64,000 nucleotides of DNA from Klebsormidium nitens. Lineage: Eukaryota > Plantae > Klebsormidiophyceae. Both the position numbers and the translations under genes were made by a program. Of this stretch, positions 43,991 to 55,547 are shown piece after piece (position 1 is the stretch's first letter; every line of letters begins with the position of its first letter). The DNA lies in NCBI GenBank assembly GCA_000708835.1, contig DF237055.1:124001-188000 (forward strand), written 5' to 3'. The notes below the pieces were generated by a model. The model did no database searches. It was not told where the DNA came from and was given only the letters and a program-made list of their open reading frames with translations.

Positions 43991-46900
43991 ATGGGGAAGA
44001 AGGCCAAGAAGGCTACCAAAAAGTTTCAGCGGAAGGAGTTGGGCAAGGAAATACAAAAACGCAGAGCTCACAAGATCATCAAGGGACAGAGGGAGAAGGC
44101 GACAAAGCAAAGGAGGCCCGATGAAGGTGGGATCACATCTCCCTTGCTTTCATCGCTTGTGGTTGTGAAAGGTTTGGAGTTTGCTGCCATCTTTGCAAGA
44201 ACTGCAGCTTGTGAAGAAGCAGCTTATAAGAAGAGCTGCATTTTAGGCGTATCCAATCAATCTGCCTGGAGAAGCTGCGAGTTGTGAAAGCATTCTCTTA
44301 CACCAATCGCAATGTCGCATTGCAGATGACATGGAGATCATACGGGGCCAGGACGGCATTGCAAAGAAGTCCGGCAAGATGGCCCCTAAAAAGTAAGGGT
44401 CGAATGACTTTACCATGTTGAGCTCACATATGTTTGTTCGATGCACAATCTGGAAGAGCCGTATACCATTACCGCCACGGATGGCTGTATTTCAGATCCA
44501 CCACCCCAGCATCGGCGCTGTTCGAGTTGTTTCTTCCATTGGTTCGTCGTCAGCGAGCAAGCAACAGGTTGGCTGTCTTGAGTGTCGTAGTCACGTCTCT
44601 ATATATGCACATTTTACCACCATTTTCTTCGTATGTCAAAAATAATCCATCAGCAGCACCAGCGATCGCATGGGTTCTCAGTTTTCCTGGGTGGTTTGTG
44701 AGCACTTCTGCATGGTTTGAATAGTGTTTCCTGTCTGAAAACAGATTTGTGGACAGAAGACTATTCTGCTGACCCTTTTTAGCACCACCTTTCAATGCAA
44801 ACTCTTTCGTCACTCATGCTTCATTTCTGTATTTCATTGTCTTCTTGTTATGGTGGCAGAGGGGTAGGATGATCAAATAGTTATCCCTGTCCGAAAGCAA
44901 ACATGTGGACAGATTACTACGGTGCTGACCTCTTGCACCACCATTACGTTGTATCATCAGGAAAAGCATTTGGTTTTCTACCTTTTTCTCTCGTGTCGCT
45001 TCTCCTTTTTTCGCCAACAAAGTGTGCGTCTTACAACATTTGTCAAATGTTAATCGAGAAGACTTCAGTTTGGTATGGGGCGTGATGACCAAATAGTTAT
45101 CCCTGTCTGAAAGAAGACGTGTGGACACATTACTACGGTACTGACCCCACCTACAATCAGTAGCTCTCTTTATTCCCGTTTTTTCTGGAGATGTGCGGTT
45201 TGCTCAATTGCTTGAGATATATTGATAAAAAGATTCTATACTGCTTGTGTTCTGGGGAGTGATGATCAAATAGTTATCCCTGTCTGAAAGAAGACGTGTG
45301 GACAAACCATTGGTACTACTGACCCCAATATCAACCACCCGCTTTTGTTTCATTTTTTATCGCTTCTCTTGCACTTCCTTATACGCATTTTACTCCAAAC
45401 CAGTAACCGTCAAGAGACGTTTCTTACTCTTCTGCTGAATCATGGGGGCGTGATGATCAAATAGTTATCCCTGTCCGAAGGAAGACATGTGGACACATTA
45501 CTACGGTACTGATCCCCACCATACTACCGTCAAATCCACTTTCTTCACGGTGCAAAGTTGCTCATGTGCAAAGTCTTTCTTCATTGCAAGCAACGGGTTG
45601 CTCCTTTCCCTCTTAGGAACACGAGAGGGATTTCTGTATCTGCTGTTGAAGAACGTTGGGACAGATCGCAAGCAGACCGTCTTTTCCTCTTTGTTGTCTG
45701 CCTATCTATTCTGAGCCCGTTTGAAATCAATGTTGACATCCTGGAGCATTGGTGTTGCTTGGTTAAATGCAAGTGGGGAGTGATGACCAAATAGTTATCC
45801 ATGTCTGAAGGAAGACATGTGGACACATTGTTCTATCTCTGACCCTCGCTGTGCCAGCCAAGCTTCAACATCCCTAAACATCCCTGAATATTCTGTTGAA
45901 GTTACCAGTTTCCCCGACAGGGTCATGGTCTGACTGTGGCTATACGGAAAAGTATCATGAGGTGACTCGTTAGCAGATGGATCTCATTTGGGCTGCTTTT
46001 GTCGCGCACTGCCCGGTAAGAAAATGTCTTGGGCGTGTTTTTCAAGCTCTCTACAATCTGTCCAAATGCAGCGCACTCTTGAATCCAACCACCAAGCGAA
46101 CTTTCAGTGTCGCCTCCTTGAGTTCCTAGCACATTATCTGGATAAGAAGAAATATCAAATTTGTAAAGAGGAAAGTTTCGATATCTTTGTGTGCTTTGTG
46201 CGATCGCAGGCCGGTGGCGGACCTCGATGTGGACGAGCTGATGAAGGGCGACTTTCTGGACGGGAGCGCCTCGGACGACGAGGAGCTGTCCGAGGAGGAC
46301 GCTGCAGCAGGGGAGGATGACGACCTGGATGACGTAAGCAAACCAGTGTCTTTGTCGTTGAGCTCCCGTCAAGTCCGCGATCAATCGTATGCTTCTTCTC
46401 CTGGATTGTCGGAAGTACAGGCATCTTGTAATTCAAGATCCCAAGTCTGACTTTACGGATTGCCTGATCTACTTCAGGACTGGTGAATGCCAGAAGCCAA
46501 CTTACTACGGCCAAATGTCTCAGCCTTCTGAAGACTCATTTTGTGCTTGTATTTTATCAACTGGATTTGCAACCACGTGTTGGATTCAACGTTCGTCCGT
46601 TAGCGTGGGACCTGCAGAGTGTCAGTCGATCCAGCGGCTGCCGTCTGTTTTGCTATACATCTTTAATGAGGGTTAAGAAGCTTCGGAACTGTCCCAACTG
46701 ACCGAAACCTGCGGCGGATATAGCTTTTCCTCCAACGGTTGAAGATACGAGACTCGAAAGGATCTGAGAAACCAAATTGATTTTGTTGCAGGTCGAAGCT
46801 TCCGACGACGAGGACGCCCTGGCTGACATCCCCCCCGCGGAGGAGCCCGCCTCGGACGACGACCTGGGCGAGGGCGAGTCGGACGTCCGGGGCCAGAATC

Positions 46901-49900
46901 GGACGCTCAAGTCCGAGATCTCCCAGCACAAGGCGCAACTAGAGGCGCTGAAAAAGAAGGACCCCGAGTTCTATAAGTACCTGGAGGACTATGATAAGGA
47001 GCTGTTGGACTTCGACGAAGAGGAGGAAGAAGGGGAGGGGCCGGAGGACGAGGCAGAGGAAGAGGGGGGGGAGGAAGAGCACGAAACTGAGGGGGTGGGC
47101 GCGGGAAAGGGAGGAGAGGAGCTGGTGCTGACGACGGCAATGGTCGACGCGTGGTGTAAAGCCGCCAAGGAGGTGGGTTTCTGCAGTGTCTGGAGATATC
47201 TGCTTTCTTCCTTTTGAGTCGATCTTCTGTTTTCAAGACTTACTTGACCGAAGTTGTTGCATTGGAGAGAGGGGCACTAGTCTGAAATGAAATAGCCGAG
47301 TCGTGGGTGTAAACCGCCCCGCCGCGTCTCCTCAATCAAACCTGCTGAGTGCAGATTCTTTATCCATTTTTGAGCTGGAATTCCACACAGCGTAGGTTCT
47401 GAAGTTTTTTAATAAGAGAATTGTTACCCTTCAGATTCTGCAGAAGCGTTGCAAATATTCTCTGTTGTCGATCCTTCAATGTTCGTTGGAATTGATGTTA
47501 TACCCAAGGCCTGAAATTTGTTGAAGAAGGTTAAACATTCTCAACCATTTGACTTTTGCAGAAGCATGCGTTTGGCGCAACCAAGAACCTGCTACGCGCT
47601 TTCCGCGCCTCGTGCCACTACGGCGATGGGGACGGCGAGAACCTGACGTCACAGATCAGCATTGCGAGCAGCCACGTGTTCAACCGCGTGATGCTCTTCG
47701 CGCTGCGGGAGATGGACGGCATCCTGCGCGCGCTGCTCGGGATCAACGGCCAGGATGAAAAGACGAAAGTTGCTGACGTGGCAAAGCTCCCGCGGTGGCG
47801 GAAGGTGGAGCCGCTGGTGCGCTCGTACCTGGGCAACGCGCTGCACGTGCTGAACCAGGTAGGGTCCTGACGTCATATTTGCCGACTTGATTGAAATGGC
47901 CGTCGTCAGTCTGACGTTGGATTCCGGTATACTTTGGTTTTTTAGGGTCAAAGAGGATGCGGTTGAAAGGGCCATGGAGGCTGCAGGCAAAGCTGTTTTG
48001 GAAGTTGAACAGATTGTGCTTCCAACACTTTCTCCTACCGTTGACAAGTAGCAATTGGTGCTCCGCATTGATAGGAGCTGAAGATCTTTGGCAGCTGTAC
48101 TGAGTGTGCTGGGCAGCGTCGTCAACTTCGGTAAGCTGGATTCGAAGCCTTGTTGATTGGCAACAATCAGATGGTGAAGACGACAACATTGGGGGTTGCA
48201 ACGGTTTTCGACAGGCCTTGACAAGAGACACGGTTCCTTCGAAGAGCGAAGTAATCTTCTTTGTTACAACACTTGTACCCTCAGTGCGGGAAGAGAATCT
48301 GGTATTGAAACGGTCCGAACCTGTGATCATCTTTGCCCATAAGCAAATGGTCTTGCTTCGTGCAGATGACGGACACCGCCATGATCGCCTTCACTCTCCG
48401 TCGCCTCAAGGCCTCCGTTGCGCTCCTCTCCCCCTTCCCCAAGTTCTCCAAAAAGTACCTCAAACTAGTTCTCCACTTCTGGGCCGGCTCCGAAGACTCC
48501 CTCCGTCTCCTTTCAATCCTCTTCCTGCGGGAGATGGCGGTGCAACTAGATGGCGACTTTTTGGACCAGTGCCTGAAGGGGATCTACAAGACGTACGCGT
48601 CGAACGTGAAGTTCGTGAACGTGGCCGCGGCACCGCGACTCGCCTTCATGTCTAGTTGCATAGTCGAGGTGGGTACAATAAGTTGCCGGTCTTGACTCTC
48701 AAGGGATTCCGTACCGGTCTGATATTTTGGGGCCTTCTGTCTTGCCGTTTCTACCTCCATCAGCGCCTTCACTTCTTCGCAAGTAGCCCGTATTTCCGGT
48801 TCAGGTCCATCTTCTGCAGTCGCCGTACCGATTGGTTTATCGGGCAGCAGCACGCCATCTCCCAAGCAAATCATTGCCGGTCTAGAAATTAAGTACCCTG
48901 AATCATGCCTGCACGCCTGCCTCTGACCTCTGACATCTGAATCAACCCTAGGCGAAGTGTGAATCAAAACACCTGAAAGAAAAGTGCAGAGTGATATAGC
49001 CGCATAACGTGTCTTTAGCCTCTTCAACTCTGACTCTGATTGCTCGGTATTTGTCGACCATCTATGAGGCTCAAAAGCCATCTTTCTCACAGCAATTTCG
49101 AATCTGAGTTCGTTGCTAGAACGCTTAAAATAAGAAAGTTTCAGTACAAGACGCCGAAATCCTCTCTCCCGCAGCTGTACGGCCTCAACCCGGCCGCTTC
49201 CTACCAGCACGCCTTCGTGTTCGTGCGCCAGCTGGCGCTCGTTTTGCGGACGGCGCTCAGCACTAAGGGCGCGGACGCAAGGAAGACGTCCGAAGCGTAC
49301 CGCCAGGTCTACTGCTGGCAGTTCGTCAAGTGCCTAGAGGCGTGGGCCAACGTGCTCGCGTCACATTCTGACAAGGTGGGCGAACATTTTAACCAAGTTT
49401 GAAGTCTTTTCTTTCTGAGTGTTCCTGGTTCTGCCTATTTGACTCTTTGTCGTCCTTAGCAGCGTGTTAAGAGCAGCTTTTAGAAAGACACCGCCACAAT
49501 TTCTTTACTTGGCGAAGTGGTCGCTCAATTGTGACTATAACGTGTTATGTGCTTTGACGCGCTGCCGAACATACCTCTTTGTTCTCTGAGATCTTTCCCT
49601 GACATTCTGGCTCACAAGTCGGTCTCGGCGAAGTTAGTTTGCCAAAGTTTCAAGCTCTGTGAATGCTTCGGGGAAAACACAGAACAGTCAGGGCGCGAAC
49701 AGTTGATGTCCAAGGAGCTGATTCTGAGGCAAATTTTTCTTTGATTGAGAATGAATCGATGGTTGAGGAGAGCAAGCCCTTAAACTCGAGGCAGAGAGCG
49801 GCACTGGGCCTACAGTGTGCTTTATATCCGTCTTCGGTAGAAGAAGGAAAAGTGGGTTTGCAGACTGGCGGCCTAAACCAAGCGAGTGAACTTTTAACTT

Positions 49901-52900
49901 GGCTTCCGTTCGGTCTCCCGACGACTTCCGCCCACTCAAGTTAGCGCATGCGAGTTGGAGTTGAAGTTTCATACGGCGGTTAACGACTTGAACTTTCTTT
50001 TGCTCAGCGTCCTTCTTCCTAAGGCGGAATCGCAAACCCTCACTCCTAACCCACCCTTCCGTTCTGGGCAGAACGACCTGCGCCCCCTCGTCTACCCCCT
50101 CACCCAGATCATCACCGCCACTGCCCGGTTGGGTTTAACCTTTGCCTTCTAACCCGATTTCATTCGTGTGCAGGACGACCTCCGTCCCCTCGTCTACCCT
50201 CTGACCCAGATCATCACCGCCACTGCCCGGTTGGTCCCCACCGCCCGCTACTTCCCACTGCGCCTCCAGTGCGTCCGCATGCTCAACCACCTGGCGAACT
50301 CTACCGGACACTTCATTCCGGTCGCCCCCCTTCTTCTCGACGTCCTCCAAATGAAGGAGCTTCGGTCCCCCCCCACGGGAGGCCCCGGCGCGGCGGCGGA
50401 CTTTTACACGATTCTCCGGGCGCCAAAGACGGCGCCCAAGACGCGCGCGTTCCAGGTCAGGGGGCCGCTTTGGTTTCTGGGGTATTATCAGAATATCAGG
50501 TTTACACCAGGTTCTTGGTCCTTTCTGACTTTTACATGGTCCTCAGAACGTCAAAGTCTGCTCCCAAAACACGTGCGTTTGAAGCTAGGGGCCCCTCTAG
50601 GCCTTGTGGAACATCTGCACAATGATAGAAGCTCAAAAGTTCGCTGACCTCAGTTTACTTCGATTTCGAGTCTGAGCGACGTCCCTCTTCGGCCTGGCTT
50701 GTACTCGGCAGATCACATGCATCTCCGGTCGGCGTACGGCATGTATGCGCCGTTTATTACTGGACTTCCGGTCAAGTGCCCACCAGCATGTGTGCGTTTG
50801 AGGCAAGGTACGCACCTGCCTATCAAAGATCCACCCGTGTCTCTTCCGGAGTTGAAGGTGCTAAAGGCAGGCAGTTATCTGATCAAATCCGATTTCTGAC
50901 ATCTGCTTTCCCGTTCCAGGAGGATAGCGTCAGTCTGGCTTTGGAGCTGCTGTCAGAACACCTGAGCCAATGGGCGTACTCCGTGGCCTACCCCGAGCTC
51001 GCGTTGCCAGTTTTGATACAGGTGAGCGTCCGAACCATGCACTTCTGGACGTCGAAGTGTCGAAGACAAGCGTCCCAATGATGGGACCTCCTGCGATTGG
51101 GCATTTTCTTACAGCGTACCCCCAGCTTGCAGTGTCAATCCTTATGGAGGCAAAGCTTAACCCAAAAAACGGACTGCTCAAACACTTGTACTTAAACATC
51201 CGTCTCTGGTTTCCTGTTACCAGGCTTTTGAAGTTTCTCCATCCTAGAGTTGCGCGAGCTCTACGAGGACTACGCTCCACTCAATCAGAAACCAACCTTT
51301 CAACGTTAAACCAGAAGAAGCGCGTGTTTTGATTAACCAGGGCTTCTCATCTTTCCCTATTCATCCTGCAGCTGCGCAAGTTCGTCAAGGCGACCACGGT
51401 GGACCGTTTCCGCAAGCAGGTGAAGCAGCTGATTGACGCGGCCGAGCGCAACTCGGAGTTTGTCGGGCGGCGACGCGACGCCGTCACCTTCAGTCCCAAG
51501 GACGCTGCGGCAGTCAAGAGCTTCTTGCAGGTGAGATCGCTTTTCGGCAGTGGGCTCGTAAAGAGCTAGGGTTCGCGACCGACTCACGAGAATCATGGGC
51601 ATTGGGAGAGAGAACAATCTTTCGGGGGTGCCTCTTCCGCCCGCGCCGAGGCTGCGGACGTTGAGGTTCCTCCGAAGGGGTCTTTCGGAAGCATTTCATC
51701 GAGTAACACTCTCCGAAGGAGTCGAGTTTGAATTGTCGTGTTGAGTGAAAAGTGGTAGGGTTTCGCGGCCTCTTATCTGCGGGTTCAAATGCACTCGTGC
51801 TCCAGCCGAAAAGCGTGCAAGCTGTTTGCTGACAAAATAGGTGATTGATGGGGGCCTTCCAATCCGTTCGAGAACTGCAGCTGGGCCCTTGCTATTTCCG
51901 GTTGAGGGGGAACGCTAAGCTAACGCTCTGCATTGAACTCAAGTTTTGCGACTGTTTCTGATACGTATTTCAGAGTCAATTACCCTCAGAAGCCTCGATC
52001 AGAGTCATCAACTCCCCCGTCCTTGATGCCATGAGAGACAACGGATGCTGTAACGTTTGACGGATCGAGATACTCCCGATTCGCGTATGCGAATGGGAGC
52101 TTAGGCTCATCTTTTGGTAGAGGCACGAGCGCCACTCAATCTGGTTGGATTAGTCCGAGGTACCTTCTTTTCAAGAAACATACGGGAGCTAGTTGATGAA
52201 CGGTCTCAATTTTGAAACATTCTCAGGTGCAAGAGGGCGTATGTGTGGGCGGAAGTTTCTTCAATCAACTAATCTGAGTTTTGAATTTTGCCGCCTCTCC
52301 CGCAGGCCGAACGCGAGAAGAACCAGAGTCCGCTAGTTCAGTTCCACGCCGGGCTCAAGCAGCGTGCGGACGCCCGGCGGCGGCAGCTCCAGGCGTCGGA
52401 CGTCCAAATCGACGGCCCTCGTCCAACTTCGGACGGGGCTGAAGACTCAGAGGATGAGAACGGGGAGGCGGTGTTTGGCGGGAAGTGGCTACCGCCCGGG
52501 CCGAAGAAGGAAGTCGTGGAGAAGTAAGCGCGAGCGTTTGAGTGTCTGCTGACTTGTTACGCACTTGAACACGATTTCTTGAAGCTGGAGGTTGTATATT
52601 CAAAGAGCCCTTCTTTTGACTATCCAGTCTGTGGTTTTGGTGTGTCAGCGCTCCCTGCTTGCTGAGTGCTTCTTCCAGTCTGAGAGTACCCGCATGACAT
52701 TGACACCAAGGGTAGCATATCTTGAGGGGCGTCCATCATATGTGACTCAGTGTTCCTTATTGTTACTCAGGATTGTGTTTCTTGCTTCGTATGTATGCCG
52801 TGGAATGAGTAGAACATTCCGCTCTGTGTGCCTGTTGACAAACTAGCCTGGTGGACTTTTGCAGGCCAAAGCTGAGAGAGGAGCACCCGTTCGATTCGGA

Positions 52901-53279
52901 CGACGAGGACGCCGCGGACCTGGTCGAGGACCTTGTGCTGTCCGAAGACGAGGACGAGCCAACCGCCAACGGTGCGGCGTTTGGGGATTCGGACGAAGAG
53001 CCTTCCGGGTCGGATCGGGATGACTCGGATGGGAACGAGAGCGACGATGACGGTCCGATGCCGAATGTGTCCAAACAAAAAGTGAACAGCAAGGGGAAAT
53101 TGGGAAAACCGAAACAACTAGGAAAGGGGAGGAGTCCAAGTGGCGGGAGTAAGAAGAGTGGTGGCTTTAAAAAGAAGGGTGTGGGTGTCAGGGCAACTCC
53201 TGGGGTTAAGAGGAGGAAAGCAAAGGGGCCAAGCGCTGGGCCAAAGGGCCCTCGGCCGAGCAAAAAGGGGAAGCACTAG
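43991..53279 (+). CDS. NOC2: Nucleolar complex protein 2 (NOC2/NOC2L)
   Basis: MGKKAKKATKKFQRKELGKEIQKRR start; exons include 43991-44126, 44326-44392, 46210-46333, 46792-47172, 47562-47858 and further exons to the stop at 53279. Motifs: LKKKDPEFYKYL, FRASCHYG, SHVFNRVMLF, VRSYLGNALHVL, LRPLVYPLTQII, YFPLRLQCVRMLNHL, WAYSVAYPELALP. Acidic and Lys-rich C-terminal tail. Confidence 0.94.
44866..44928 (+). ncRNA. Box C/D snoRNA, snR38/SNORD1 type, copy 1
   Basis: C-like AGGATGA, guide AGTTATCCCTGT, D' CCGA, D box CTGA, flanking terminal stem; located in NOC2 intron 2. Confidence 0.75.
45082..45144 (+). ncRNA. Box C/D snoRNA, snR38/SNORD1 type, copy 2
   Basis: GTGATGA-ccaaat-AGTTATCCCTGT-CTGA...ATTACTACGGTa-CTGA with a TGGGG/CCCCA terminal stem. 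The guide pairs with LSU rRNA ACAGGGAUAACU (yeast Gm2815 site). Confidence 0.88.
45259..45322 (+). ncRNA. Box C/D snoRNA, snR38/SNORD1 type, copy 3
   Basis: GTGATGA, AGTTATCCCTGT-CTGA, terminal CTGA, GGGG/CCCC stem. Confidence 0.85.
45450..45512 (+). ncRNA. Box C/D snoRNA, snR38/SNORD1 type, copy 4
   Basis: GTGATGA, AGTTATCCCTGT-CCGA, ATTACTACGGTa-CTGA, GGGG/CCCC stem. Confidence 0.85.
45780..45842 (+). ncRNA. Box C/D snoRNA, snR38/SNORD1 type, copy 5 (one guide mismatch)
   Basis: GTGATGA, AGTTATCCATGT-CTGA (C>A within the guide), terminal CTGA. Confidence 0.7.
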
Positions 53280-53699
53280 GACTACAGTGTTAGCTGCAAA
53301 GGACTATGTGTTGCTTCATGGGTTACCATGGGGTGCACCTTCAACCAAAATTTGGGTTTGGTTCATACCCTCGACTAATCAATCAACTGTTGTATATTTT
53401 CCAAGTAAATGCATCCATGCTTCTGCGGAGACGGCTGCTTGTACATCCTCGTGCACACGAAGTGACCAGTTCCCCACTAACAGCGGGGCGGCCCGTGCAA
53501 ACCCTCTTGAGACCATATTGTATGATCATGCAAGGTTTTCAAAAGCTCGAGAAGAGTCATGCATTCATGTCAATCTACTTAGCCACCGTGCAGTTTCTTG
53601 ATCAATGATAAGCGTTCAGTGCATTTGCTCACAAAGCTTGAGCTTGTGCAAGGACCGGTAATTCCGCCACTGGACATCCGAGAAAAGAAGTCGGCCCCT

Positions 53700-54330
53700 C
53701 TTGAGTCTTGGAGTTGCAGTCTCGACTCGAGATAGTGAGTCGGTGACATTGTCCAATAATGGCCCCTGCACGCGAAGTTGCGGACCCATGTGCTCCCCAC
53801 AGTACCCTGACGTGTGGGCGTTTTCCCCCAGCACTGGAAAAACGGAATGGCAACAGCCGAGCTTGTTTCTGACACAAAACGGACCCTGTCAGATTTGCAC
53901 GAGCAAAAACGCTACAACCCCAATAACGAGATCAATCCGCAGCTGCCACGTGGGTTTTTGCAGATATTGCCTATGATGATCCGTACACAGGCCTCCGTAC
54001 TGATACTGGTGCTGGTTGCGCAACTAGTGCGCTGCTCGCATGAGAACTTGTCCAGGTGGCAAGAGATGTCTCCTTTGTCCAATCAGTCGTTGCCAAGTCC
54101 AAAATCGATGCGGGTGTAGATTTTGGTTTTGTGGCCAGATAGCCCTGCCCACGTGATTTGACGATCCGGCGATGACGCGTCTGAGATTTTTGCGGGATTA
54201 CAATTTACGATTTCGGTCGATTATATCTGAGGTTCGAACTTATGTGTTGCTGACTCCTGTGATTTGCGTATCCGCTGTTGACCAGCGCGTATGCACGTGT
54301 TCCCCCCAGATATACCAATGCCTTATGTGA
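53700..54330 (-). mobile_element. Decayed LINE (L1-like) endonuclease remnant
   Basis: Minus strand ~54175-54070 reads DRQITWAGLSGHKTKIYTRIDFGLGND*LDK, resembling the plant LINE APE motif FTW...RIYSRIDR..GN..W. A GLCTDH (SDH-like) motif follows in another frame. Stops and frameshifts are present; boundaries are approximate. Confidence 0.45.
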
Positions 54331-55547
54331 GGATGCGGATGGTGAAATTTGCTTGCTGCCAGCCGGGAGATGAAAGTGCCGGGCATAGCTGGCCGGACCG
54401 TCTGTCATTCCACGGCCGGTAGGCAGCCCGGGGCAATGCTGGACCGGGCGATTTGCTGGCCGGCAGGATCCGGCCTAGATTGAGATCTTGTTTATGTGTC
54501 TCTTTACCCGCAGGGAGATACAGTATCCCTGAAGATATATTTGAGAAATATAATGACGATTGATACCTGTAGGTCAAAGTAGCAAATTGGTCAAAATTTG
54601 GCGCTTAGCAAGAGGATCCCGGGTGGCAGCTTCCGAAATATCGGGAAGGGTTTGCTTCACACAGGTTAGCCAGGGTCCGGTCGCGAAGATTCTTACCGAC
54701 CCCGAAGCCAACCACAATCGCAGACTCTACAGAGGCCGGGGACATGAGCCAGGATGGTTTCAACCGCCTGGCAAGTTGGAACGGCAATACAGAACCGACA
54801 AAAAGGGTTCCGAATTCTTCGGACACCGGGGAGAGCCTGGCACAGCTGGTGACTTCCAGGATTGTTCTGCAGGGCAAACTTGAGCAGTTCAGAGGTGCTA
54901 TCTGACGTAGCTGCCTGTCACCCGCGCTGCCTAGGCAGCCATGATCCCAAGATGATGTTACCTGGCTAGCTAGATCGGATAGCTAGGTAGCTCCTAGGAA
55001 CCTCTAGAGATATCTAGACAGCCAGCTAGCTGATCCGAAGGGGGTACAGCTACAAATGTCCGGGCTGGGTCTGTAGGTACATTGCTTCATGGAAGCGTTT
55101 CAAGTTCAACTTCAAGTCTCAAGGACAGGTTTTAATAATAGATCTCAAACAAGAGCGTGATGGGTGCCGGATTGCAAGTGTGCACGATGCATGAATGGTG
55201 GTATTTGCGTTTCTTATTGGACGAAGGGCCTAGGGGTGCGGCTCACATTGACAGCTGTCATCCGAGTCTTCAAGTTCAAGATTGATGGGATCTCGCATTG
55301 ACCTTGTGCGAACGGAAGGGCGGTGGAGCTGGCGATACGATTCGTCGCTGGGGTGCTCCCTCTAATAATGTTCGCATTCTTGCTTCTTTCAAATAAGCAG
55401 CCAGGGCTTCGACAGCTGGCGGACGGGGGTGATGCTCCAAGTCCTAAGGGTTTGAGCCATGGGCTTCGAGTGGGTTGATACAGCTGCGAGCTGGGGTGAA
55501 AGCGAGACCACAGCTCATTAGAACAACGCACGCAAGGACGTGTTACG

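Noticed and set aside
44415-44620. Two imperfect hairpins ending near ACATTT (possible H/ACA snoRNA)
   Set aside because: No clear ANANNA hinge; cannot be supported without folding or an Rfam search.
44866-45842. Spaced direct repeats that superficially resemble a CRISPR array
   Set aside because: Eukaryotic intron; units have C/D boxes and an rRNA guide; spacers are long and irregular; no cas genes.
52192-52277. TTGATGA...CTGA possible C/D snoRNA in a late NOC2 intron
   Set aside because: Weak C box, no terminal stem and no rRNA complement that I could recognise.
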